Origin: an uncultured archaeon
GTDB lineage: Archaea > Nanobdellota > Nanobdellia > Pacearchaeales > GW2011-AR1
Assembly (NCBI GenBank): GCA_902385655.1
Contig: CABMGO010000006.1
Location: 10,329-74,328, forward strand
Length of the DNA stretch: 64,000 nt
Direction of reading: 5' to 3'
Below the pieces are notes generated by a model, which was not told the DNA's origin, searched no databases, and worked only from the letters and a program-made list of their open reading frames with translations. A program made the translations under genes and the position numbers. This document shows, one piece after another, positions 9,027 through 17,586 of this stretch (positions within the stretch are counted from its first letter, which is position 1; every line of letters starts with the position of its first letter).

Positions 9027-9107
9027 GCTCACATGGCACAATGGTACTGCAATGGTCTCGAACACCATGCCCTCACGGGCTTCCCGGTCCGATTCCGGGT
9101 GTGAGCG
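9027..9107 (+). tRNA. tRNA-Ser (anticodon CGA)
   Basis: Acceptor GCTCACA/TGTGAGC, anticodon stem ATGGT/ACCAT with loop CTCGAAC, long variable arm GCCC-TCAC-GGGC, T arm CCCGG-TCCGATT-CCGGG, discriminator G. Confidence 0.85.
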
Positions 9108-9296
9108 TATTTGTTATCAGAATCGAACTTCGATTCCGAGTAAAAAGGCTTTCCATTTTAATTTAAATATAGAAAAGAGCTCTTTGCGAGTAGGGTCTGG
9201 GCGTTTTTTCTGGCTTCGCTAACCTTCTTTACTTCGAAGAGCAGGAAAAACGGAGTTTCTAAATAATTTTATAAACTCTCTTTTTCTTTTCTAATT

Positions 9297-9458
9297 ATGG
9301 CAGCAACACCACCAGATGCACAAAAAAGAAAGGTTGACTGGAACATCGACAGAAAAGTGTATGACGAATACATGAAAACATGCAGCAACAAAGGTTACGC
9401 ACCTCAAGTTGTTCTTGAAAAGTTGATGGCAAAGTTCAATCAAACTAAACAAATTTAA
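9297..9458 (+). CDS. small ribbon-helix-helix-like protein (53 aa), below the ORF-track size cut-off
   Basis: MAATPPDAQKRKVDWNIDRKVYDEYMKTCSNKGYAPQVVLEKLMAKFNQTKQI: strand-helix-helix pattern; more protein-like than antisense track ORF 9291..9488. Confidence 0.4.
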   Translation: MAATPPDAQKRKVDWNIDRKVYDEYMKTCSNKGYAPQVVLEKLMAKFNQTKQI

Positions 9459-9488
9459 TTTTAGAATTTTCTTTTTAATTACTTTCAA

Positions 9489-10229
9489 TCATAGTTTTTC
9501 AAATTTATACAATTCTCCTTCATCTGTCACAGCAATAACTTTCATACTTTTATTATATATTTCAAGCTCTTGTTTTATATCACTTCCTTCAATTAAAGGA
9601 AAAAAGCTCGGAACAAACACAACTTCCCTCTTGTACTCTGGTGAAAACCCATATAAGAAACATTTATACTTCTCAACTTTTACTCCTTTTTTATCTTGTA
9701 AAACTAAAGCTGGATGAAAGTGCCCTAAAACAATCAATTTCGTTCTTTTGTCTTGTATCTCAAAATAAGCTTTTTTCATGCTTTCAGCATCCCCATGTAA
9801 AAATAACACTCCTTTTTCCAAAAAATAATCTTTCAACTCAATGTTAGTATACTTTATAATGAGAGGTTCTAAAATTTTATCATGGTTGCCTTTTGTGACA
9901 ATTATTTTAACTCTTTTTCCAATTTTCTTCTCAAAAAATTTAACTAGTTCTTCAAAGTCAATAAGTTCTTGCCTTAGGATTTTACCAAAAAAGTGTTTCA
10001 CATCTCCTAATAATATAATTCTCTCTATTTTCTTGTCCAATTTATTAAAAATCCTCTCAAAAATTTCATAATTTTCTTTCTGTTGTGTTCTCGGTAAAGC
10101 ATAGCCTGACTCGGTCAACGTATCTTCATATCCTAAATGCAAGTCTCCAACTATCAAGGTCTTTTCAGATTTCCAATAAAGACATCTATCAACAACTTCA
10201 AGATCATAAATTTTTAGCATAGCGCCCAT
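9489..10229 (-). CDS. metallophosphoesterase (archaeal SbcD-related / ligase-associated MPE type)
   Basis: Motifs VGDLHLG, GDVKH, GNHD, HGD, GHFHP. Confidence 0.75.
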   Translation of the reverse strand: MGAMLKIYDLEVVDRCLYWKSEKTLIVGDLHLGYEDTLTESGYALPRTQQKENYEIFERIFNKLDKKIERIILLGDVKHFFGKILRQELIDFEELVKFFEKKIGKRVKIIVTKGNHDKILEPLIIKYTNIELKDYFLEKGVLFLHGDAESMKKAYFEIQDKRTKLIVLGHFHPALVLQDKKGVKVEKYKCFLYGFSPEYKREVVFVPSFFPLIEGSDIKQELEIYNKSMKVIAVTDEGELYKFEKL

Positions 10230-10259
10230 AATACTTAAAGAACTAAATCAATTAAAAGT

Positions 10260-10727
10260 CTATCTCTTTTTAGCTAAGTCATCAACGTGCAACAAAACAT
10301 GTTCATAACTTTTCATCACACCCTTTGCCTCATTTGCCTTGACAAGTTCCTGAACAGGTTTTCTCAGTATTAATTTTATCGGTTTTCCTTCTGACCTATG
10401 TAAATACAGACTAGTTCCTAAATCAACATAACTCCCGGTCGAACCAGTATTCCAAAAAATATGGATTTGTTTAGCTCTTTTCTGTTCATCACAGTGATCA
10501 ATACAGATTCTATATCCGCCCAAGTCTGCACCTTGATTTGTGTCAGTCGCAGGATAGTGGGCATTAAATCCTCTCTTTTCCATTTCAACCTTATATGCTT
10601 CTAGAAATTCTCTTTCATCTGCTGTTGCTTTTCTAACCGGACAAATCATATAAACCTCGTCTTCTTTTTGTAAACCAGAAGTCATATGATCCCAATCCAC
10701 TTCTTTCATTAAATCTTCCAAAGCCAT
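10260..10727 (-). CDS. nucleoside 2-deoxyribosyltransferase-like fold protein
   Basis: 155 aa; VYMICPVR...G..AHYPATD...RICIDHCDEQKRAKQIHIFWNTGSTGSYVDLG resembles the NDT/RCL pattern; strong SD GGGAGGAGG. Confidence 0.4.
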   Translation of the reverse strand: MALEDLMKEVDWDHMTSGLQKEDEVYMICPVRKATADEREFLEAYKVEMEKRGFNAHYPATDTNQGADLGGYRICIDHCDEQKRAKQIHIFWNTGSTGSYVDLGTSLYLHRSEGKPIKLILRKPVQELVKANEAKGVMKSYEHVLLHVDDLAKKR

Positions 10728-10790
10728 GAGTTAAGAATTCCTCCTCCCTTTTTAATAATTGCTGTCTTCTAATACTACTTTAGCCGTAGG

Positions 10791-13406
10791 CTACTCTGGA
10801 AGCGAAACGCCCTTTTCCAATTCTGCCCAAACTCTTTTGATAAACAAATTTTTATCTTCAATTTTCAAATAGTCAGTATGTGCTTGTATGATCAAATTTA
10901 TAGCAAATGGGCTTATTATTCTCGTATTTTTCTTTTCTATTTTAATTTCTTTGCTTCTTATTTTGTCTAATATTAATTCTGCGTTTTGAGTATCCATTAA
11001 ATCTTCCATAACTTCTCTTCTTGCCTCTTTTAAAATTGGAAAATCTTTAGTTTTCTTCAAAACAGCTGCTAGTAAAAAATGACTAGACATTTGTTGTTTT
11101 CCAGCAGATTTTCTATATCCTTTATAATTCCTCAAAATCATAAGCGATCTTGCCGCGCAGTGCCTAAATCTTCTCTTCAAAACTTCGGTTTTGTCAATAG
11201 CCTCATCAAGTGCCTTTCTTAAATTTCCCCTTTCCTCAATCAATTTCATCAATCCCTTCTCCATTTTTTCAGCATCAATATCCTTTCCAGCCACATAAAA
11301 GCCATTATCACTTATCCCTACTTCGACGTCGTGTTTCCTTGCAGCAGCAACTACATAGGCAACAGCTCTCGAAATTGAATCGTTAACTCTTCTTCCAAAA
11401 AGCGTATGGAAAATCACATATTTTTTCTTATTTACCTTATCATCAAACTCTTCAATTAATATCCTCTTATCACTAGGAATTAAAGAGACTTTGAATTGTT
11501 TACTAAAGTAACTATAGATTACTTTAGCAGTTTTGTTATCGATATATGTGTAATTTTGTATGAACTCCTCGATTTCCTCTGGAGATTTTTTAAGCTTGAA
11601 TTTTTCTTCAATAAGTCTCCTAAATCTACTTATTGACATTGCACTTGTAAAACTCAAAGGTAACATTTCTGAAAACCATGAAGGGATCGTCGGCTTTCTA
11701 TCGCTCGGAACAACATAAACTTTCATACCTTTTGCATAAAGGAACTGATACTTCTTTCCACCCAAGGTAAAAACATCTCCTTTCTTCATTTTTTCTAAGA
11801 AAAGCTCATCTATTTTTCCAATATCTTGTCCTTCTTTTGTCACAACCGAAATAAAACTCTCATCCGGAATCGTCCCGATATTGGTCATATAGATTACCCT
11901 AGCAAGTTTTCCCTTCTTTCCTATTTGATTAGTTGAAGAATCGTACCATATTTTTGAATAAAGGTTTCTAACATTAAGTTCATACTCCCCTGAAAGATAC
12001 GAGATTACTGAAAAAAAGTCTTCTTTAGTCAAATTTCTATAGCAATAACTTTTCTTAATCATTTCATACATCTGATTTGCATCCCAAACTTTGTCAATTG
12101 CCATTCCAAACACTTGTTGTGCTAAAACATCCAGACAATTTTCAGGTATATGGACTTCATCAATTATCTTTTCTTTAGAATTTTTCAAGATTATTGCGCA
12201 TTCTACCAAATCATCAAAATCATAAACAATAAACCTGCCCCTTGCTGTTTCATGTAACTGATGCCCTGCCCTACCTATTCTTTGCATCGCCCTTGAAACT
12301 GCCTTTGGACTTCCTAGTAGAATAACTAAATCGATATAACCTATGTCAATTCCAAGTTCCAAAGATGTAGAGCAAACTACCACCTTTAGCTTTCCTTCTC
12401 TTAATTTCTGTTCAATCTCAAATCTATGTTCCTTACTCAGTGAAGAATGATGCGCCCCTATATTTTCCATATATTTTCCCGGATATTTCTCTCTCAAATT
12501 ATGAACAATTCTTTCGGTTGCAGCTCGAGTATTTGTAAATATTAAAGTAGTTTTATTTTCTTGTATCATTTTATGTAACATTTCATATAATTTCGTGTTC
12601 AATTGTATTGTATCTGTGTCTAAAAAATTATTAACTGGGCTTGCAATACTTAAATCAAGCTTTTTCACCATTTCAACTTCAGCAATTATACACTCTCTTC
12701 CTTGTCCTACTAAGTAATTCGCAACTTTTGGCAGTGGAGAAACTGTCGCAGACAAGCCTACTCTTACAATAGGCATAATACTCATCTCCTGAAGTCTTTC
12801 GATTGTTAAAGAAAGATGAGTTCCTCTCTTATTTTCTGCTAAAGAATGTATTTCATCAATTATTACAAACTCTAGAGCTTTCAATTTTTCAGAAAATTTT
12901 GGAGAATTTATCATAATTGCTAAACTTTCAGGGGTAGTCACTAAAATATGTGGTGCTTCTTTCAACATTTTTGCTCTTTCCTTTGCTTCTGTATCTCCTG
13001 TTCTCAATCCGACTCTTATTTTTTGTAATTTCAAACCTTTTTTTTCAGCCAAAGTTTCGATTTCACTCAAAGGAGTAATCAAATTAACAAAGATGTCATT
13101 ACTTAATGCCTTTAGTGGAGAACAATACGTAGCATAAACCTTAGACTCTAGCTCATTCTTCAGACCCAGGCTTACTAGGTAGTTCAAAATACTTAAAAAA
13201 GCAGTCAATGTCTTTGTTCCCCCAGTAGGTGCCGAAATCAAAATGTTCTTTCTTTCAAAAATAGGTAAAACACCATATTTCTGGGTTAAAGAGAAATCTG
13301 GAAATCTAGAAAAGAACCACTCTTTCACCAAGGGATTTAGACTTTCAGTTACTTCAGCGGAGTTTCTTGGCTTTCCTAATTCATATAACTGTTGTTGTAC
13401 ATCCAT
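10791..13406 (-). CDS. lhr: Lhr-type DEXH-box helicase
   Basis: 871 aa; motif I APTGGTKT, motif II DEIH, SAT, later helicase motifs and long C-terminal DEAD/H-associated region. Confidence 0.85.
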   Translation of the reverse strand: MDVQQQLYELGKPRNSAEVTESLNPLVKEWFFSRFPDFSLTQKYGVLPIFERKNILISAPTGGTKTLTAFLSILNYLVSLGLKNELESKVYATYCSPLKALSNDIFVNLITPLSEIETLAEKKGLKLQKIRVGLRTGDTEAKERAKMLKEAPHILVTTPESLAIMINSPKFSEKLKALEFVIIDEIHSLAENKRGTHLSLTIERLQEMSIMPIVRVGLSATVSPLPKVANYLVGQGRECIIAEVEMVKKLDLSIASPVNNFLDTDTIQLNTKLYEMLHKMIQENKTTLIFTNTRAATERIVHNLREKYPGKYMENIGAHHSSLSKEHRFEIEQKLREGKLKVVVCSTSLELGIDIGYIDLVILLGSPKAVSRAMQRIGRAGHQLHETARGRFIVYDFDDLVECAIILKNSKEKIIDEVHIPENCLDVLAQQVFGMAIDKVWDANQMYEMIKKSYCYRNLTKEDFFSVISYLSGEYELNVRNLYSKIWYDSSTNQIGKKGKLARVIYMTNIGTIPDESFISVVTKEGQDIGKIDELFLEKMKKGDVFTLGGKKYQFLYAKGMKVYVVPSDRKPTIPSWFSEMLPLSFTSAMSISRFRRLIEEKFKLKKSPEEIEEFIQNYTYIDNKTAKVIYSYFSKQFKVSLIPSDKRILIEEFDDKVNKKKYVIFHTLFGRRVNDSISRAVAYVVAAARKHDVEVGISDNGFYVAGKDIDAEKMEKGLMKLIEERGNLRKALDEAIDKTEVLKRRFRHCAARSLMILRNYKGYRKSAGKQQMSSHFLLAAVLKKTKDFPILKEARREVMEDLMDTQNAELILDKIRSKEIKIEKKNTRIISPFAINLIIQAHTDYLKIEDKNLFIKRVWAELEKGVSLPE

Positions 13407-13549
13407 TTGTAGACTTTAATGAGTTTATTCTTAAATCTTTTGTCCCGCAAGAGACAACTCTGGGTAATGGAGGGTCTTTATGCAGGACCAGAGTAGAATA
13501 TAGGGACTATGTAGCAAACCTTTAAATAGTTATTCGGTTTTCAAGGTCC

Positions 13550-13876
13550 ATGCCTAAGCTTTCGGACAAAAAAATCGAGAAAATTCAAGAACAGATACTT
13601 TATTTTTTGTATTCCATCTTCCCTAAGCAGATATTCACGGCAGATATTGCTCGTGAGATTGCCCGAGACGAGGAATTTACTAAAAAAATGCTCCAAGAAC
13701 TAGAAAAAAAGACTCTTGTAATCAAAATCGACAAAAATTCAGAAGGAATAAAGTATGAAAAGAGATTAAGATGGAGAATTTCTAACAATGCTTATGAGAT
13801 TTATAACGCTCATCAAAAAAATGCTCAGCAAACTGCCCTCAATATCGAGTCTGAACAGCAATTTGATCAAAAATAA
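13550..13876 (+). CDS. small winged-helix DNA-binding protein
   Basis: 108 aa; QILYFLYS...FTADIAREIARDEEFTKKMLQELEKKTLV pattern of a wHTH. Confidence 0.5.
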   Translation: MPKLSDKKIEKIQEQILYFLYSIFPKQIFTADIAREIARDEEFTKKMLQELEKKTLVIKIDKNSEGIKYEKRLRWRISNNAYEIYNAHQKNAQQTALNIESEQQFDQK

Positions 13877-13945
13877 TAACTTGATTTCTCAAAATATATC
13901 TTAGACTATCAATAATATTATAAACAAATATTCTTTTTGAGTAAA

Positions 13946-14632
13946 ATGGATCCAATAAAAGAGGCGTTTACCAAAATTAAAGAAGATATTTACTACTTAC
14001 AAGCAGAGCTTGTTTCCCTAAAGCAAGAAATGTCTCTATTAAGATCAGAAAATTCAGCTCTTTCTCAAAAAATTGGTTCGGCAAATAAGGCACTTCCTCC
14101 ATCAAATATATCTTATCCCACAGTTACTCCAACAAATAATCCCACAGTTCCACAGGAAATAAGGGGGTTCCAACCATTAAAAAATGACCTTTCCACAGGA
14201 AATAAGGGGGTTCCAACAGACATATCGACATACAGTCAGACAAACCAACAGACAGACAAATTAGCTATTTTCCCTATAAATAACCTCTCTGAAAACCCAC
14301 TAAATAAGATGCAAGAAACCCTAGAATCTCTCGACAGTATCCGTAAAGAATTACGCCTTAAATTTAAGCGCCTAACGCCTCAAGAAATGCTCGTCTTTTC
14401 AACTCTTTATTCCCTAGAAAATCAAGGTCTAGAAGAGATCACATACAAAGTACTGGCTACTCATTTAAACCTCACAGAATCCTCTATACGAGATTATACT
14501 ACAAAACTACTATCAAAAGGCATTCCTATCAAAAAAATACGTTTGAATAACAAAAAGATAGTTCTAAATGTCTCAGAAGAGCTAAAAAAAATAGCTTCTT
14601 TACCGACGCTAATCAAACTAAGAGAGCTTTAG
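13946..14632 (+). CDS. coiled-coil plus C-terminal wHTH protein
   Basis: N-terminal heptad-rich segment, low-complexity linker, C-terminal LTPQEMLVFSTLYSLE...SSIRDYTTKLLSKG; ATG 13946 (track start 13937 is TTG). Confidence 0.55.
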   Translation: MDPIKEAFTKIKEDIYYLQAELVSLKQEMSLLRSENSALSQKIGSANKALPPSNISYPTVTPTNNPTVPQEIRGFQPLKNDLSTGNKGVPTDISTYSQTNQQTDKLAIFPINNLSENPLNKMQETLESLDSIRKELRLKFKRLTPQEMLVFSTLYSLENQGLEEITYKVLATHLNLTESSIRDYTTKLLSKGIPIKKIRLNNKKIVLNVSEELKKIASLPTLIKLREL

Positions 14633-14838
14633 CACTATAACAAATTCGTTTAAACGAATAATTTTCCTTTCCAAATCATTTAGACCTCGAACCTCACTTT
14701 TTCGAGTCAGTCTTGTTTTTAAGAGCTATTTTCAATCTTCCCTATAAGCTGAAACTCTCTTTTTAACCTGATTCAGTTACTTCTTTTTTACATATTTGAT
14801 TCTCACTTTTTGATTTTAGGCTACTATTCCTCACTTTT

Positions 14839-15450
14839 CTATTCAACTTTATCATTTTCGCTCCTTTTTTTACTACCTCTAACTCTCACTTTTGCAGTTT
14901 TGAGTATAATTTGCTTCATTTCTTCAGGAATATAGAGCCTTTTCTTACCATTTAGCTCTCTTGCTTCCATAATCAAGCCTTCACTTTTCTGTTTTATCGC
15001 ATTTATCTGTCCTCTAATAGTACTTTTATCTTTTCCTAACAAAACCGAGATATCTTCATAACTTAATTTAGTTTCTGAATTTACCATTGCCCAGATGATT
15101 GCTCTTTCCATAAGGGTTAAATTATCTAAAATACTTGTTTGAACAGTTGTTTGCACAACTGTTTGAGCATCAACAACTCCCTGCTGTTTTGTCCCTATTG
15201 TTTGTTGTTGTTTAGAAATCTTTGATCCAAACAATGAAATAAAATCTTTTAATTCATCAATTTCATTTTGCATAACAAATATCTGCTTCTTCATGTCTTG
15301 AATCTCGTTTGCGTGTATTTCATGCTTATTATCGAAGTGAGATATCCACTGGCCTACTTTTGAGAAATCTTCCTTAACTGCATCAAAAGACTTATGAATT
15401 TCTTCCTTTAATTTGCCAGTATCTTCTTTTTTTCTAAATAATCCAAACAT
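14839..15450 (-). CDS. coiled-coil plus C-terminal wHTH protein (same architecture as 13946..14632)
   Basis: N-terminal coiled coil, Q/T-rich linker, C-terminal LTLMERAIIWAMV...STIRGQINAIKQK; TATA-like TTTATAAATA about 25-35 nt upstream. Confidence 0.55.
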   Translation of the reverse strand: MFGLFRKKEDTGKLKEEIHKSFDAVKEDFSKVGQWISHFDNKHEIHANEIQDMKKQIFVMQNEIDELKDFISLFGSKISKQQQTIGTKQQGVVDAQTVVQTTVQTSILDNLTLMERAIIWAMVNSETKLSYEDISVLLGKDKSTIRGQINAIKQKSEGLIMEARELNGKKRLYIPEEMKQIILKTAKVRVRGSKKRSENDKVE

Positions 15451-15456
15451 CTTAGA

Positions 15457-15824
15457 GTTGTTTAAACAACCTTATTTATAAATGTTTCCATTATTTGTCC
15501 AAAAGGGTCAAAAAAAGCCTATTTTTGTACCAAAAAAAGCCTATGTTTTAGTTATCAACATGAGATTTATCTTCGGGCTTTTATGGATATTCATGCTAGA
15601 AGGACTATTGTTTTAAACAACCGGCAAACACCTAAAACAATAGCCCACAAACAGCCCAAAACACCAAAAATAGTCAAAAAAAGAAGCTTTTTCAATAAAG
15701 TCTGTTTAAACCCGTTTGTCCAAGTCTTAGCAGGGTGTTTAAACACATCATTATCGTCGGTAACTTTTTATGAAAACATTTATAAACGAACACTATCTTA
15801 AACACTAAAATGAGGTTTAAACAC
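15457..15824. promoter_or_regulatory. cluster of GTTTAAAC-centred palindromes / half-sites (putative operators or iterons)
   Basis: GTTGTTTAAACAAC 15457-15470, 15610-15621, 15704-15711, GTGTTTAAACAC 15735-15746, 15797-15805, 15815-15824; plus ATTCGTTTAAACGAAT at 14644-14659; direct repeat CAAAAAAAGCCTAT at 15509 and 15531. Confidence 0.5.
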
Positions 15825-16115
15825 AAATTTTTCACAGCAGGAGTAATTTCTATAGGATATTATCTTGCTTCTTTATTCCTGAACATTGTTCCTTGCCAAA
15901 TTTCGCCAAATGTTCCTAATCCACAATACATATGGTCAACATGCACTTTAAATCCGGATACTTTTATTTCATCCGGAGTCCAAAAATTATTCTTCGGGTT
16001 CAGTTCGAGACTAACTGATGCAACTCTTTTGGCGCTAGTACTTCCATTTCTTATAGCTATTATAGTATTAAGTCTTAAATTCAAAAAGCATGGCAAAAAG
16101 GAGGAAACCAACTAA
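15810..16115 (+). CDS. small membrane protein
   Basis: 101 aa with two hydrophobic helices; stop overlaps next ATG (TAATG). Confidence 0.5.
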   Translation: MRFKHKFFTAGVISIGYYLASLFLNIVPCQISPNVPNPQYIWSTCTLNPDTFISSGVQKLFFGFSSRLTDATLLALVLPFLIAIIVLSLKFKKHGKKEETN

Positions 16116-16318
16116 TGGCAAAAAAAGAATCAGGTTTCAGCTTTTCAAATTTTGTAGCATGGGCAACTAGTGTTCTTGTTTCACTGGCAGTCGGATCAGG
16201 CATGATCAACAAGACTTTGTCAATTCCATTTGTACCTTCAATCATAACAATAGTTGCAGGTTGGATAGTAGTTGTTGGCACAATTGTTTCAATAATCTTG
16301 GCAGTGTTTAACCGATAG
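16115..16318 (+). CDS. small membrane protein
   Basis: 67 aa, two hydrophobic helices, coupled to preceding ORF. Confidence 0.5.
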   Translation: MAKKESGFSFSNFVAWATSVLVSLAVGSGMINKTLSIPFVPSIITIVAGWIVVVGTIVSIILAVFNR

Positions 16319-16455
16319 TCTTTTAATCAAATAATTTGCTTAGAACCGCTTATATATAACTTAGGTCAGCTTAGTGCACAAAATCGCCGGTACCAAAGAA
16401 GTTAGTAGCGCCAAAACACCTAAATTCTTAAAAACTATAACTTCTTGATTTTAAA

Positions 16456-16665
16456 ATGAGTTCACAAATCAGAAACTGTCGTCCAGAAGAATGTCAGTAC
16501 TGTACTCAGCAAGATTCAGACGGTAGCTGTTTTTATACAAGTTCTTTAATTGGTCAGGCCGGTAAGGGGCCACTAGCTATTTCAATAGGTATACCTTGTT
16601 TCTATAACCTTCCTCCACAAGAAAGTTCAGCTCTTAAAAATCCTTTAGAAATAAAAGCAAATTAA
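16456..16665 (+). CDS. Cys-rich small protein
   Basis: 69 aa with CRPEECQYC...C...C. Confidence 0.4.
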   Translation: MSSQIRNCRPEECQYCTQQDSDGSCFYTSSLIGQAGKGPLAISIGIPCFYNLPPQESSALKNPLEIKAN

Positions 16666-16704
16666 TATATAAATCCTTAAAAACTCACAAATTTTTCAAA
16701 AAAG

Positions 16705-17097
16705 ATGGATCCGCTACCTGAGTATATTTGTCCGATTAGAAAACTCAAACTTTCTTTAAATCATTCTGTTGGTGAAAGATGCTATTTAGGTTCAGCTGGA
16801 AATATTTGCAATGCTTCTGGAAAACTTTGCGATATTCTTGAAGCACATGAACTTGCTCAAAGCTCAGATCATTCTCGCCTAATGGAAGTAGGGATAGAAT
16901 CTGATCCTTCTTCAGGCAATCCGGTCCCGTACGTTCGACCTGTAAGATCTTCACAAAGCCAACCAAAGTGCACAACTTCTCCACATATAACAACTTCTCC
17001 ACATATAACAACTTCTCCGCATATAGATTCCACATCGCCAGGTTATAACCCTTATAAAAAAGGAGGAGATAATCCCGATCCAAGAAAAAGGTATTAA
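16705..17097 (+). CDS. Cys-rich repeat protein (4-Cys module plus TTSPHI x3 tandem repeat)
   Basis: YICP-x13-C-x9-C-x5-C...ELAQS module; SQSQPKCTT; 18-nt tandem repeat in frame. Confidence 0.5.
   Translation: MDPLPEYICPIRKLKLSLNHSVGERCYLGSAGNICNASGKLCDILEAHELAQSSDHSRLMEVGIESDPSSGNPVPYVRPVRSSQSQPKCTTSPHITTSPHITTSPHIDSTSPGYNPYKKGGDNPDPRKRY
16972..17025 (+). repeat. 18-nt tandem repeat x3 (ACAACTTCTCCACATATA), in frame
   Basis: Units 16972-16989, 16990-17007, 17008-17025 (one A to G change in unit 3); encodes TTSPHI x3. Confidence 0.9.
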
Positions 17098-17098
17098 G

Positions 17099-17473
17099 AT
17101 GAGAGACAAAAGAAACCCCTATGACTTAAATGATTATAGGCCAATGCAACTTCGTCCAAATCTCTATGGCTTATCAAGTTCTACACAATCCTCTTCACCA
17201 AGCCAACCTAAGTGCAAACTAAAAGAGGAACAACCAAAAACATATTTTTGCCCATATACTGGTTCTTCTGTTTCAGGAGTTGCAGCCAGACATTGCAATT
17301 ATTCTAACTTAGATGATTTTACTTGCAGTCATACTGGTGATGCTTGCGTAGCTAAGGGGGGACTTGAAGAATTTGCACAAAGTCAAGCTAAGTGCACAAC
17401 TCCCTTAATTTTAGCAAGAAGCCAAGGTAGAAAAATTTATGAAACTCCGCGAGGCACTGATTGGCCTTGTTAG
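17099..17473 (+). CDS. Cys-rich repeat protein, paralog of 16705..17097
   Basis: YFCP-x13-C-x9-C-x5-C...EFAQSQAKCTT aligns with upstream ORF; start 1 nt after its stop. Confidence 0.5.
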   Translation: MRDKRNPYDLNDYRPMQLRPNLYGLSSSTQSSSPSQPKCKLKEEQPKTYFCPYTGSSVSGVAARHCNYSNLDDFTCSHTGDACVAKGGLEEFAQSQAKCTTPLILARSQGRKIYETPRGTDWPC

Positions 17474-17586
17474 TTAAAAAGTCTTCTAAAACCGCAAAAT
17501 TTATATACTTTATTCCAATAAGGTTATTAAATCGTTTCGATAAGGGAACCCTTACAGGAAGAAAATACCCTTAGTATACAAATAAA

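Noticed and set aside
9025-9222. 65-aa track ORF on the plus strand
   Set aside because: Its first 83 nt are the tRNA-Ser gene itself. The sequence is Ser/Arg/Cys-rich noise, so it is treated as spurious.
9183-9278. Possible plus-oriented sixth copy of the structured repeat upstream of the small ORF at 9297
   Set aside because: It shares words with the family: GGGCGTTTTTTC, CGCTAAC, GGAAAAACGG, and a hairpin GGAGTTT-N14-AAACTCT with a TATA-like loop. But the order of the elements differs and the arms are not collinear with the other copies, so it is too uncertain to count.
9291-9488. 65-aa minus-strand track ORF
   Set aside because: It is Cys/Phe-rich and not protein-like. The opposite strand encodes a 53-aa ribbon-helix-helix-like ORF with a proper ATG, which I preferred (still low confidence).
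10778-10792. 14-mer TTTAGCCGTAGGCT shared with 25960-25973, and a near copy at 31453-31466
   Set aside because: It can form AGCC-N3-GGCT and lies at or just after gene ends, so a terminator or processing signal is possible. With only two exact copies in 64 kb I cannot exclude chance without word statistics.
15583-15801. 72-aa basic track ORF in the 15451-15809 gap
   Set aside because: It has no start context. The sequence is dominated by the GTTTAAAC sites and A-rich repeats, so it is more likely a regulatory region than a gene.
16972-17025. Short tandem repeat as a CRISPR or satellite
   Set aside because: It is an 18-nt unit x3 with no spacers, exactly in frame inside an ORF (TTSPHI x3). 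It is a coding repeat.
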